Positions 39,884 through 51,622 of a stretch of DNA of 64,000 nucleotides are shown in pieces. Source of the DNA: Octopus bimaculoides (Eukaryota); the NCBI RefSeq assembly GCF_001194135.2, contig NC_068991.1, forward strand, positions 65,739,697-65,803,696, in the 5' to 3' direction. A model generated the notes under the pieces. That model was not told where the DNA came from. It searched no databases and saw only the letters and a list, made by a program, of their open reading frames with translations. The position numbers and the translations under genes are program-made. Position 1 is the first letter of the stretch. Every line of letters begins with the position of its first letter.

Positions 39884-40660
39884 TTACGAGTGTGTGTGTT
39901 ATGCTTAGAGTTTCTGACCCAAGTCTCTTCTTCTATTTTTATACTCTCAATCTTCACATCAGTTTTCTGTCACTAGATAATTCACACAGTCTATAGTCAC
40001 CAAGTCCTTTTCTAACTCTCAATATTGTCAGTCTCTACCGCTCCCCCCCTCTTGTCTTTCTCTCTCTCTCTTTCTCGCTGCCACCTGTCACTACCACTCC
40101 CACCCTCTCACTTCTTTATGTCTCTCTCTCTCTCTCTCTTCGTCCCTAGCAGACATGTATTAAAAACCATAACAACAATAAAAGAATATTTTGATATTTA
40201 AAAAAAAAAAAAGGAAAAGGAACGGTTAAAAATTAAATAACACACTCAGATTTGATATTAGGTAACCAATGCTCTCCGGAAAATATTCTTTGGAAGGAAA
40301 TATTAAACGAAAATTGACTCACCATAAGTTTCAGACATTTTCCGATCTGTAATAGTCTCCTTCGATTTATTAACAAACATACAAAATGGCGTTGGACAAC
40401 GGCTTGGTGATAATCTCAAACTAACGAGATTTCAAGATCTAGATTTAGTTTTCGTTTTACATACTAACATTTTTTTAGTTAGTTAATATATTTTTTGGTT
40501 TTTGTTTTTTATTTTTTTAAATATCCGTTAGGTATTATTTTTCAAATACTTAAAACTGCTGGTAGCTAATAAAAAAAAAAAAAAAAGAAATAGAAATACA
40601 TCCGGGTCTTGTCCTGAATTTGTTTACCCTGGAGATGACGTCAGTAGTAAACACGTGGGA
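39820..40660 (-). promoter_or_regulatory. Housekeeping-type promoter region of the minus-strand gene
   Basis: CpG-rich; YY1-like CAAAATGGCG 40382-40391, CRE TGACGTCA 40636-40643, E-box CACGTG 40652-40657, ETS CCGGAAGT 39823-39830. Motif matches only. Confidence 0.55.
40323..40338 (-). CDS. RAB4: Putative first coding exon of a Rab4-like small GTPase (MSETY + first base of D)
   Basis: Minus strand aaaATG TCT GAA ACT TAT G|GTGAGT with a strong donor in a CpG-rich promoter-like zone. MSETYD is the conserved Rab4 N-terminus; a 16-nt phase-1 first exon is recalled for vertebrate RAB4B (not verified). No downstream Rab4 exon found. Confidence 0.6.
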
Positions 40661-42555
40661 TATATTATCAAAATTTAATTATGTCGCTTTCATCCCTGTT
40701 ATACATATGATTGTTAGATACGAAAATCTCTGTATCAAAAGTGTTATATGGTTAAATGGTAAATTGATAGATGCAGTATAATTTTATTACAGTCACACAC
40801 GACACAAGCTGGATTGCAACTGAAAGTTAATCTTTGTAGCGATAGGTTTATTTAATTATAAAGTACCGGGTGCGTAACAACCACTTAATAATTTATTTGT
40901 CCAACTATAATTATTGATTTATTTTGATTAGTAAAACAATACCAATTTTTGGTGATAATAGGTGGTCGAATGAATCAATCACTGCAACTATTTTATGTAC
41001 AATCGAATATTAAACAAGAGTAAAGTTATTTATTACTAGCTGGATTTGAACTAAAACGAAACTACTGCACGACAGTTAATCGGTGCTTTAACATTTTAAC
41101 AACTCGACAGTATTTGTTTATTTATCTATTTATTCATTCATAGGACTAGTGAGAAGAAGAAAGTAATATTTCGTTTTAAGTTTCCGGAAAGAACAAAGGC
41201 GGCATCATTCGATAAAATAAAACTAAACTCTGAAACAGTTTTATACCAAATAACTATTGGTTCTGTACTAATACCGGCCACAGTGACTAACCACCCGCCA
41301 ATAGATAAGCTTTACAAGGCAAGGGCAGTAGGATACGAGACCCAGAGAAAAATTCGAAAGTATTTTGTATAATGCTTAGACAAGGCCAGCACAATACCTC
41401 TAAGCTTTTCCATCCGAACATCTGTGGCATTTCACCTAACACACTGGCTCAATACAGCACACCGCTGAATTATTAATTAATCCTAATGATGGTATCAATC
41501 GCCATGGAGCAGATATCTCATAGGAAGTAATTCCTTTCAGTCGTTGCACCCTATACGGTTCTCATAGGTACTAGCCATCTGAAAGGGTTGACCATTTCGT
41601 CAACAGAAAGAAAATATTTTATTTTTAGTCACCGGTTAACGCCGACTCCCGCCGTGTTCGTTATCTTACTTTTTGTAAACAAGAGACGTGTTCTGATTAA
41701 TTTGTAACAGGGTGCGCTCTGCGCCCGATTCCTGTGGAGGAATGAGACAGAATGAAGGATTACGCGTGTTACACAGTCCCTTCATTGGAATCCTTCAGTT
41801 TCTGTTTAACTTATTTCTTTCGCAAGGCTTTACTCGACTTACAGCTATAAAAGAAGACATTTGCCCAAAGTACGGCGCAGTGGGATGATTTTATTTGACC
41901 AGATACAAAACGAAATGTTGGGAAATAATGGAGACGAATTAATCGAAACTGATTATGACTGGGACCTATTCTAAATGTTAATCTATATGGAATTTTAATT
42001 CAAAATGCATGAAAACGAAAGTACTGTATTTACGCGTGTATAAGCCGGACCCAAATTTAACACATAAAGCTCGACGGACTACGAGCGTGGCCGTGAGGCA
42101 CGGGTCGACAAGCCACGAGCGTGGCCCAGATAGATGCATTTAATTTTTGGGCGTTTGTTGGGGTCTGATGTCACTCAAACGCTCCGATACTCGCCAGAAT
42201 GCAAGAGTACTAATAGTTCAATTAATGACTTTTCAGATGATGTAAAACTTGCCACCATTATATACTAAGAAGATATTTTAACTATTTTTTTGTGTTTTGT
42301 GTGTACATGGTAGTCTCAGTAGTCCATGCTATGTAAGTGCAAATCCCAGCGCTTTATGGGTTAATGTTTATTCTTGAAACAATTTTTTTTCCTTTCATAT
42401 TCACACTTGATGTCATCATTGCCCCATATATAATAAGCCGCATCCCAGGTTTTATCAGTTAAAATCAAGTATAAGATAGCATGATTTATACACGAGTAAA
42501 TACTGTTATATACTGCAATGCATTTAGATCGTGTACTGACAAGGAGGAAGTACCC

Positions 42556-43060
42556 TACTGCGTGGTACCTTAGGCAAGTATCTTCTACTATAGCTTCAGA
42601 CCGACCAAAGCCTTGGGAGTGGATTTAGTAGATGGAAACTGAAGGAAACCCCTTGTATATATAGGTACTACTAAAGCAGCGCGGACCCGAACGCGCAGTC
42701 GCGCTAGCTAGTCGTGAGTGGTCGATCCTAACCCTAGCCCTAAACACATTCATTTGCACACGCAGGTTAAGGTTAGGATCGACCACTCAAGACTAGCTAG
42801 CGCGTTCGGGTCCGCGCTGCTTTAGTAGTACCGTATATATATATGTGTGTGTGTCTTTGTATTTGTCCGCCGCCACCGCTTGACTACCTGTGTTGGTGTG
42901 CTTACGTCCCCGTAACTTAGCAGTTCGACGAAGGAGACCGATAGAATAAGTACCAAGCAAAAAAAAAAAAAGTCCTGGGGTCGATTCGATTGACTAAAAT
43001 TTCTTCAAGGCAGTGCCGCAGCATGACTGCTGTCTAATGACTGAAAAAGATAAAAAATAA
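42556..43060 (+). mobile_element. CORE-like tRNA-SINE carrying a fold-back MITE in its (TA)n tract
   Basis: SINE head and core before 42660, tail after 42840. Confidence 0.85.
42664..42832. mobile_element. GC-rich fold-back MITE with telomere-like inner arms
   Basis: ggtactactaaagcagcgcggacccgaacgcg ... cgcgttcgggtccgcgctgctttagtagtacc; arms about 70 bp, with an 8-bp insertion in the left arm; TA flanks. Confidence 0.9.
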
Positions 43061-43084
43061 AAGATATCTATGTTAACCATAATA

Positions 43085-43319
43085 CAGTAATCCCTCGTCT
43101 ATCGTGGGTACTATACTCCAAAATCTCCCACAGAAATAATTAGAATCTAAAAAAATATAAATACCTATCGGCTGCAGAAACCTGGATATACTGAGGAGTC
43201 TGCGATATAAATTTACATATTTTAGCCAGAAAAATCCGCAATGTACTGGGCGTGCAATAGATGAACCACAATGTACTGAGTGCGTGATAGGTGAACCGCA
43301 ATATGGCAAGGGATTACTG
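43085..43319. mobile_element. pogo/Tigger-type MITE
   Basis: TA|CAGTAATCCCTCG ... CAAGGGATTACTG|TA; internal 30-bp tandem repeat. Confidence 0.85.
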
Positions 43320-43964
43320 TACATCATTGGTAACTTTCCATTGTCACCTGGTGGAACAAGAAGTTGCCCCTGTGCTTTGTACACTTATAACTGAGCATGG
43401 AAAGCAAAGAAAGACTCTTATGTTTCTCATAGTCTTTCTCATGGAAAGACTATGTTTCCACTACACTAGGAATTCTATTTACTTGTTTATATTGATATGC
43501 CTTGAGACTAACTCTATTGGGAAGTAATCTAGTAGAATAGACTAGCCAAATCACTTATGCTGCACTGGGGAAATATAAAATTGATTTGCTTCTTGCAAGA
43601 GGTTGCATAAGCATGACAAATGATAGCTAATCACAAAACTTTGCTAATCCTCTAAAATATACAATATAAAACTTTGTTTAGTTTCAATCCTGAATTATAC
43701 TGAAAATATGCAAGCTTAAAATCATAAAGTATATAATCATGCAACTAACATCCACTCCCTAAAATTACTGGCCTTTTGTCACAATTTTAAACTATTATTG
43801 TTACTATTTCCCTAACACAATTTATTGTGCTATTATCATCATGACATAGGTGGTAATTCACTGTACTGTATTTAATTTTGTCAATTAATGACTGAGTTCA
43901 AATCTTGCCAATCAGCTTCAACATTGCACAGTTGGTCTGCAAGAAATATTTATTATATATCTGG

Positions 43965-44118
43965 TGTGTTTATGTCCCCGTAACTTAGCGGTTCGGCAAA
44001 AGAGATCGATAGAATAAGTACTAGGCTTCTAAAGAATAAGTCCTGGGGTCGATTTGCTCGACTAAAAGGCGGTGCTCCAGCATGGCCACAGTCAAAAGAC
44101 TGAAACAAGTAAAAGAGT
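43965..44118 (+). mobile_element. CORE-like SINE, 3' half
   Basis: Family tail sequence. Confidence 0.85.
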
Positions 44119-44304
44119 TCAGTAGACTACAGCCACCCCAACACATTATCAGTGTGGGTGTGGAGGAACAAGTATTATACAAAAGATTTTTATACAGGTT
44201 TCAGGAGTCACCAACTGACTGGAGTACAACAAAAACCAAGTAATGTAGTGGGCAGAGACAACAGCAGAACTTTTTGCCTTGTATATTGGATTATCATGTC
44301 AGTT

Positions 44305-44770
44305 TCAAATGTTGGCACAAGGCCAGCAATTTCAGAGGAGGGAGTAAGCTGATTACAAAGTACACAACTAGTACTTATTTTATCAACCTGAAAAGAATGA
44401 AAAGCAAAGTTGACCTTGGCAGAATTTGAACACAGAGTGTATAGATGGACGAAATACTTCTTAACATTTTGCCCAGTGTACTAACGATTCTACCAGCTCA
44501 CCATCTTATATTGGATTATCACATTACCAGACCTAAATTTACTTTTGTATAAATATGGACACCAGCAAATAGGACTATAAAAGATTCTCACATTGATGAC
44601 CGTTAATATTTAGTCAAGCTGAGGCAGCGAGCTAACGAGACAGAATCATTAGCACACCAGGCAAAATGCTTAATGATATTTCATCTGTCTTCACGTTCTG
44701 AGTTCAAATTCTTGTGGGATCGATAAAATAAGTAGCAATTGAACACTGAGATCAATGTAATTGACTTACT
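44305..44770. mobile_element. Two Meta/Nin-type SINE copies in inverted orientation (44305-44510 minus, 44625-44770 plus)
   Basis: gaaaagaatgaaaagcaaagttgacc...gaatttgaac, and ctgagttcaaattc...gataaaataagtagc. Confidence 0.7.
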
Positions 44771-45415
44771 GCCTATTTGAAATCAATATGTTGTCAAGCT
44801 ATACATATACAAACATTCAGATCTAACAAACTACATAACACAAAATAGAGGCCAAGACAAACCAGGCATCAGAAAAGTTAATAATAACAGAGTCTGCTAA
44901 AGCACGACATCAAAAAGAAAGTGTAATTGAAGTATTTAGACAATCAGAAAGTATCTTATGAATTGGCCAATTCATAAACCAATGTGGCCACTTCTGTATG
45001 GTTGGTTGAATTGCTAAGAATAGCAATCAGATCTCCCTTAAATCATGCCATGGTATCTTTAAAACAAAAACATCATCATCATTGTTTAACGTTCGTTTTC
45101 CATGCTGGTATGGGTTGGACGGTTTGACTGAGGACCAGTGAGCCAGAGGTTGCACCAGGCTCAATCTGGTCTGACAAAGTTTATTCCTTATTCTAGGCAC
45201 AAGGCTCAAACACAGAGAGGACATACATAGACAGGCGGGGACAAACAACAAGTGAAAATGAATATAATACAATGATATGAGACGGCTATCTTGGCCCCAC
45301 TCCAAGATGAAACCATGACCTCCTTTTTCCTTTCAAACCTACATTTACAAACCTGAGATCTACAAATAGTAATTTTCTAATTTATAGATCAATGACTAGT
45401 TGTCACTTTGAAAAC

Positions 45416-45561
45416 TATATATTTCAAACAGGAATTTGGTAGCACCACCTCTAGTCAAACAATTATTCTGTGCTGATGAAGAGAAATAACCCAGAAACCA
45501 CGATACACAGATATTGTTTTGAGCTGAGTGGGGGTGCTAGATTCCCTTGTTCGAAAATATA
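45416..45561 (+). ncRNA. Decayed hammerhead motif capping a long imperfect hairpin
   Basis: TCTGTG-CTGATGA-AGAG-AAATAA-CCCA-GAAA-CCACG-ATA-CACAGA; flanks pair (tagcacc/ggtgcta, tttcaaaca/tgttcgaaa). Stems II and III are mismatched. Confidence 0.55.
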
Positions 45562-47779
45562 AGCACACAAATCGTGTCGTATAGCCAGCTGGAGATGATG
45601 TCTCCTGGGGCTAAATTACAGCAACATTCATCCTAAACCAGGACTGCCATGTTATGTTGGCAAATAATCTTTACTCTATAAAACATTAGAGTTAACAACT
45701 GTCAAACTTGGTGCAGAAGAAAATCAGACATTTCATTCTTAATGACTTGATATCTACATTTTGATATGTAAATATGACAGGAATAAATCTTTGATGTATG
45801 CTGACAACTTACCACCACCACCACAAAATATTATTGGCTGGAATAATTATTGAAATACATGTTCACTTGTCTATGAAGGTTGTTTAGCATTTGCATTTTT
45901 TTTTTTAAACCAAATATTGTATTGCTGGCTAAAACACCTTATTTACACAGATGTAGGTCAAATCTGTCACCCAGATTTTGGTGCCTGGGGGTACTTCAGA
46001 ATATTCTGGATGAGCACTAATTAGTAACAATGCTGAAGTGCTGTTTCGAAATAAGCATATCACTGTAAATCTGAGGGTGCTCCAATGAACAGTGAGGGGG
46101 CAAGTCCCATCCAGTGCACCCCCTTAGTAGGTTTGATTCTAAGAGAGGGGATCTGTTACAAAGTAAAGAAAACAGTGTAGTGATGATGATTTTGTTTCAG
46201 TTATCAATAATGTCGTCATCATCATCATCATCATCGTCTCCCCATGCCTTCTTTGATCTGAAGTGACCCATTGTGGCCATTCCTCAATTTTGATTTATGC
46301 ATTAAATTGACAAACGTATTTTCCTGTCATTCAACTGAAACAGGATTTCATTTGACAATCCTCTACTTTCAAAACAACATTCTCTGCTCTGAAAAGTTAT
46401 GCACATACAGGTTATATCAGTTAAGGTTCTGATATGAGGAAGAGAAACATATTCTAATCATAGAATTGAGAAGTTAACTGAGATAAACTTATACATGAAG
46501 AAAACAGAATGAACCATCCACGAATAAATAAAATGGAAGCTAAATATTCGTAGTAAGCTATGTTATTTCTGGAGTGAGGGTGTTGTTGTTAAGACCCATA
46601 TGTTAACCCTGATTGACCAAGCCTATAATGACAGGTGTTGAAAATATAAATCCATTTTAAGTCATATCGCATTCAGGATTTCATTATCAAACGTATAATT
46701 TCTTGTAATTATTAGACAATGAGTTGGGGGACAACATCGCATTGACTCCTTTAGCAATTGAAGATGCAGTTTGTGTTTTCTACTGCCTTAAGATAAGTTG
46801 GCAATTAAAACAAACACTTCCTTTCGTTTTTATCTAGCTGGTTCTTGTTTGATGTAGGCAAGCTGGGATATCACAACTGGAAACGAAAGCATAGGCATAC
46901 GGCTGAAAAAAATCAAAACGATGCTGTGATGTTTTCATTCGATTGGACTGGGTCAATACATTATGTTAACTTGCAGACGACAATCAGCAACTGATCGCCT
47001 TGTCTTGGCAGTCAGCGATGACAAGGTAGCAAATAGGCAAACATACACTTCACAGTTGTCACTGACTGTCGTAGTCACATGATTGGCTAAGAATACACAA
47101 GTCATTTGTAAACAAAAGATATGTATCTATATGACAGTTTGTTTTTGTAACCTTCATCTCCACTGAAGTTGGATTATAGTTGTTATTTAGCTTCAGGCCA
47201 GTCCTATGTTCAAAAACGATCCAGCTATTACCATCCTGTCTTTTCCAGACCTAATGTATCCAAAACACATTAAACAATATATCGATTTAAAACATGGTAG
47301 ATAGTGGTTTGGTTACTATTTAATACTGGTTTGAGCGCTCACTTAACTGCCCCAACTCTTCTGAATTGGTTCATAACATAAAAAGATAGTCAACTCAACT
47401 GAATACTCAGCAATAATCCACGGGTTCAACATTCAATTTATGCAAATTATAAGTTTTGTATTTGATGGCCTATAAGACGCCCACAACCACCACTGTCTGA
47501 AAAAGAAAAACAAAACCACCCCGGGTCCTACGTATATACAGAGTTGGGCCTCTCATACGTTTTAATGCATTAAAAACTATTTTTTTTTAAATACGCATTA
47601 CTGAAATCGGACTGTGTCTAATATGCCCGTGCATCTTTAATACCATCAATTTGTAAAGTTGATCTGGAATCCACAGCAATTAATTTTTTTATCTACGAAG
47701 TTTTATAATTAGAGTTTAAACTTCAGTATTTAACCAATTTCCATCAGGGAGTTTCTGCAGGTCGCGGCGCTGCTGCTGC

Positions 47780-47990
47780 TGCTGCTACTACTACACTGCA
47801 TTGAGAAGTTATAGCTCCAGAACTGCGGACATGTGACTAGAATGTTACAGGGAAGAATCACAGGACGAATTCTTAAGTCGATCCAAAGAGCAGGAGACCT
47901 AGGGGTAGACAAAGAACGAGCTGGTTGGATAATATTCATAGCCTTAGGTGGTCACGCTTGGGAATCCAACAGAAAATGTTACGACGGTTA
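47780..47990 (+). mobile_element. RTE LINE 3'-end fragment
   Basis: MLQGRITG...RPRGRQRTSWLDNI-like translation across a frameshift. Confidence 0.55.
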
Positions 47991-48397
47991 CTTCAGATAG
48001 GGTCCTATGGAGGAGGTGCCTTAGGACTTTACCCATACGGCCCTTCTAGGAAAAGTAGGCGCCAAAAATTGAGGATCGATAGACAGATCATAATCTACAC
48101 CTTCGAAACGAATCCACGTAAATTTGATTTAAAAAAGAAAAATGGATTATCAGCAAAGTTATGAGGACACAAGTGTCACTAGTGCTGGGTGGGGGTCACT
48201 AAATTGTAATTATACCTGTCTAAATACCTGTGGTAGAATAAGACCAAGGAAGATAGATGTTCAAATCCGAGGAAATTGGTGTTAGTGAGTTCGAATAAGT
48301 TTATATTCCACGAGGAAAAGAGAATCTGAATTCAGGATTTTCACGTTTTTAGTTTGAGCTTTACTTCTAATACAATATTTAAAATAATGAATTTTTG

Positions 48398-48572
48398 GGT
48401 AATTTTTCAGATTAACACCCACACGATTACCTAATCCTAAAACCCTAAACCTAACCCTAATCCTAACCCTAAACCCTAACACTAACCCTAATCCTAATCC
48501 TAACCCTAAAACCCTAACCCTGACCCTAACACCCTAGTGAAAATCGTGCGAGTGTTAATCTGAAAAATTACC
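48398..48572. mobile_element. Fold-back MITE with (CCCTAA)-like array, homologue of 35924-36061
   Basis: ggtaatttttcagattaacac ... gtgttaatctgaaaaattacc termini. Confidence 0.85.
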
Positions 48573-49641
48573 GAATTTTGTTATCTTACTTTTTTTGAGT
48601 TAAAAATCCTGCACTAGTGCAGCATTTCGTTTTCCTATCGCTGATCTTAATACACTCGGTAACTTGAAATAAAAGGCGTTTATTTGTTATTTTAGCTCCA
48701 AAGTCATCTCTAATCGAAAAGACCTTTGATTAAAAGCATTCCAGTCTTTCTAGCGGTATATTTTAAGATTACATTGTTCACTGTGTCCTTTTAACTAAGA
48801 CGACAGAATGCGATGTGCTGGAGTTTTGGCTGCTTTTTCTTGCAAGTTGTGCGGTCACGTTCGCTCGAAAAGTGGACAGTGAATTTGCAGCAGAAAGTAG
48901 TCATTTTCTCTTGTTGAATATGCGAGATTACGCAAATGTGCCCGTCCGCACGACTCTGCTGCTTCCTCATAACTTTCTGAAAAATGGATATTTCCTCATG
49001 ATAATTTTTAACAAATACGTTTCATCTTGGTATAGATTACGATTATACCGGAATTCATTTTGAAAACTTTTTCGGAGTTGGGTGGGGGACAAAAGAGTAG
49101 TTTCAGATAATATTTCGAATTTAGATCACAATTATATTGAAAAAAGAAATTATTTTTGAGAATATTTCTACCCTTTCTCTTCTGAAATTTGTTAGGGTTA
49201 GGGTTTTTGTTACTCCGAAAACGGGTGGTGTACATATTCTTTACCTCCACCCATTGTAATGTACGCTATCTGAAACGTAATTTCAGAAAATTTCACTAAA
49301 AGTTTTCCATTCCTCAGGAAGCAAAGACGGCGAGGAATGCAAACGTGTAATTAAGAGAAAAAGAGAGAGAGAGAGAGCATACTCGTCACATCTTCGCTTT
49401 CCTTTCCCCTATAATCCCAAGACTTTTATGTCAGTGTATAAAAAAATAAACAAATCAGAAAATCCCTTGCTTCTGTATCAAGAGGTTGAATCAATACAGC
49501 AGCGAACTTGCATGTTCGGTTGTATCTAAGTTCAAGTCCTGTTGAAGTCGACTTGATGACCTGGGGCTAAACAACTGCAGGTATATGATCAGAGAAGTAG
49601 CATAGTTTGGGAATACTATTGGGTCTGCTGTGTAAACCCAT

Positions 49642-50167
49642 GTCCCGGGCACGAATTCTTTTCCCACGAGAGTTCCGGACCCCAGTTATAAGTTCATTTG
49701 CATACAGCCAACCAGTACTCAACTATCAAACTAATTTATGAGTGCATAACAAGCGATGGGCGATAAGATAAGGTAACTTGGGTAAGAAATGACCATGCTT
49801 TTTTTCTCTTTTAATAGTTGTTTGTTGTACTTGTTTCAACAATGGCTGCCTCTACGTAGTTATTTGTGTTGTTTACTTTGTAAAACAGCAAGGGGAGAGG
49901 ATTGCTACAACATCACCCTCTACCCACAGCTTTACCATATGGGGCCCTAATAGGTATAGATGCAAATCTATCTAATTACTTGTCTCCTACTAAAATCAGG
50001 CATAACTTGGCGATCGGTCGACTTACAACACCGTTCTTCGTCTTGTGTTTACTTGGTAGAATGTTTAACTTGACAACAAGGTCAAAGTGAGCTCTGATTG
50101 GCTGTATGCAAATGAGTTCATTACTGGGGTCTGGAACTCTCGTGGGAAAATTTTTCACGTCCCGGAC
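49642..50167. mobile_element. Unclassified non-autonomous DNA element with ~80-bp TIRs
   Basis: ttttcccacgagagttccggaccccag...atttgcatacagccaa mirrored at 50085-50167; no TSD found. Confidence 0.75.
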
Positions 50168-50349
50168 GATACAAACTCTAGCTGTCAGTGGATTAAAGGC
50201 GTTCTAAATATGACTCTCCAATCTTTTTTTTCACACAGTCTATCTAGGACTAGTTCTTCCCTTTTTAAGGCAGTAGATAGTAATTAAAGCGAGATTTGGT
50301 TGCTACTTTCAATAGCTAAGTAAAGTGTTAGTATATTTACTGTAACCAA

Positions 50350-50679
50350 ATAGGCATAACTATACCTGTGCCGCGCCCCCATCGAATTTGTTTCCTCATA
50401 ACTTTAAAAAAAAAAAGGATATTTTAAGATAAAATTTTCTACTTATACGCTTCAGATGTTATAGATTCCGATTATATCGGAATTTTCCGAGGGATGGGGA
50501 GAGGAGTTTCGGAAAATTCACACTAGTCAGCTTTGTTTCCTCCTAACTTTCCGAAAAACGGATTTTTTTTTTTTGAATTGCCTACAAATACCTTCCAGAT
50601 GGTGTAGATTACGATTATATCAGAATTTAACGTGCATAAAAAGGAAAAAAAATGTTGGACATGCACACAAACATACTGA
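50350..50679 (+). repeat. Unclassified interspersed repeat with two diverged ~150-bp units (third unit at 48955-49065)
   Basis: ttcctcataacttt...tagattacgattatatc.gaattt shared by three segments. Confidence 0.6.
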
Positions 50680-51310
50680 NNNNNNNNNNNNNNNNNNNNN
50701 NNNNNNNNNNNNNNNNNNNNNNNNNNNNNNNNNNNNNNNNNNNNNNNNNNNNNNNNNNNNNNNNNNNNNNNNNNNNNNNNNNNNNNNNNNNNNNNNNNNN
50801 NNNNNNNNNNNNNNNNNNNNNNNNNNNNNNNNNNNNNNNNNNNNNNNNNNNNNNNNNNNNNNNNNNNNNNNNNNNNNNNNNNNNNNNNNNNNNNNNNNNN
50901 NNNNNNNNNNNNNNNNNNNNNNNNNNNNNNNNNNNNNNNNNNNNNNNNNNNNNNNNNNNNNNNNNNNNNNNNNNNNNNNNNNNNNNNNNNNNNNNNNNNN
51001 NNNNNNNNNNNNNNNNNNNNNNNNNNNNNNNNNNNNNNNNNNNNNNNNNNNNNNNNNNNNNNNNNNNNNNNNNNNNNNNNNNNNNNNNNNNNNNNNNNNN
51101 NNNNNNNNNNNNNNNNNNNNNNNNNNNNNNNNNNNNNNNNNNNNNNNNNNNNNNNNNNNNNNNNNNNNNNNNNNNNNNNNNNNNNNNNNNNNNNNNNNNN
51201 NNNNNNNNNNNNNNNNNNNNNNNNNNNNNNNNNNNNNNNNNNNNNNNNNNNNNNNNNNNNNNNNNNNNNNNNNNNNNNNNNNNNNNNNNNNNNNNNTTTT
51301 TTTTTTTTTC

Positions 51311-51622
51311 AACCAAATGGTTCTGGGTTCGGTCCCACTGCGTGACACTTTGGGCAAGTATCTTCTACTAAAGTCTCGAGTTGACCAAAGCCTTGAGTGG
51401 ATTTTGGCAGACGGAAACTGAAAGAAGCCCGTCGTATACATATATATCTATGTGTTTATGTGTTTGTCCTCCATACCACTTGACAACCGGTGTTGGTGTG
51501 CTTACGTCACCGTAACTTAGCGGTTCGGCAAAATTGAACGATGGAATATGTACTAGGCTTTAAAAATGTAATAAGTCCCCAGCATGGCCCCAGTCAAATG
51601 ACTGAGACAAGTAAAAGACAAA
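51311..51622 (+). mobile_element. CORE-like tRNA-SINE, diverged, CpG-retaining
   Basis: Family body. Confidence 0.85.

Noticed and set aside
40387-40425. Plus-strand ATGGCG start (MALDNGLVIISN*)
   Set aside because: Stops after 12 codons with only a weak donor; better explained as a YY1-like motif in the minus-strand 5' UTR.
41690-42130. GC-rich hairpins and the acgagcgtggcc direct repeat; also the 5' head of 4600-5090, considered as HDV-like ribozymes
   Set aside because: Could not assemble the nested double pseudoknot (P3/L3 size and P2 pairing fail).
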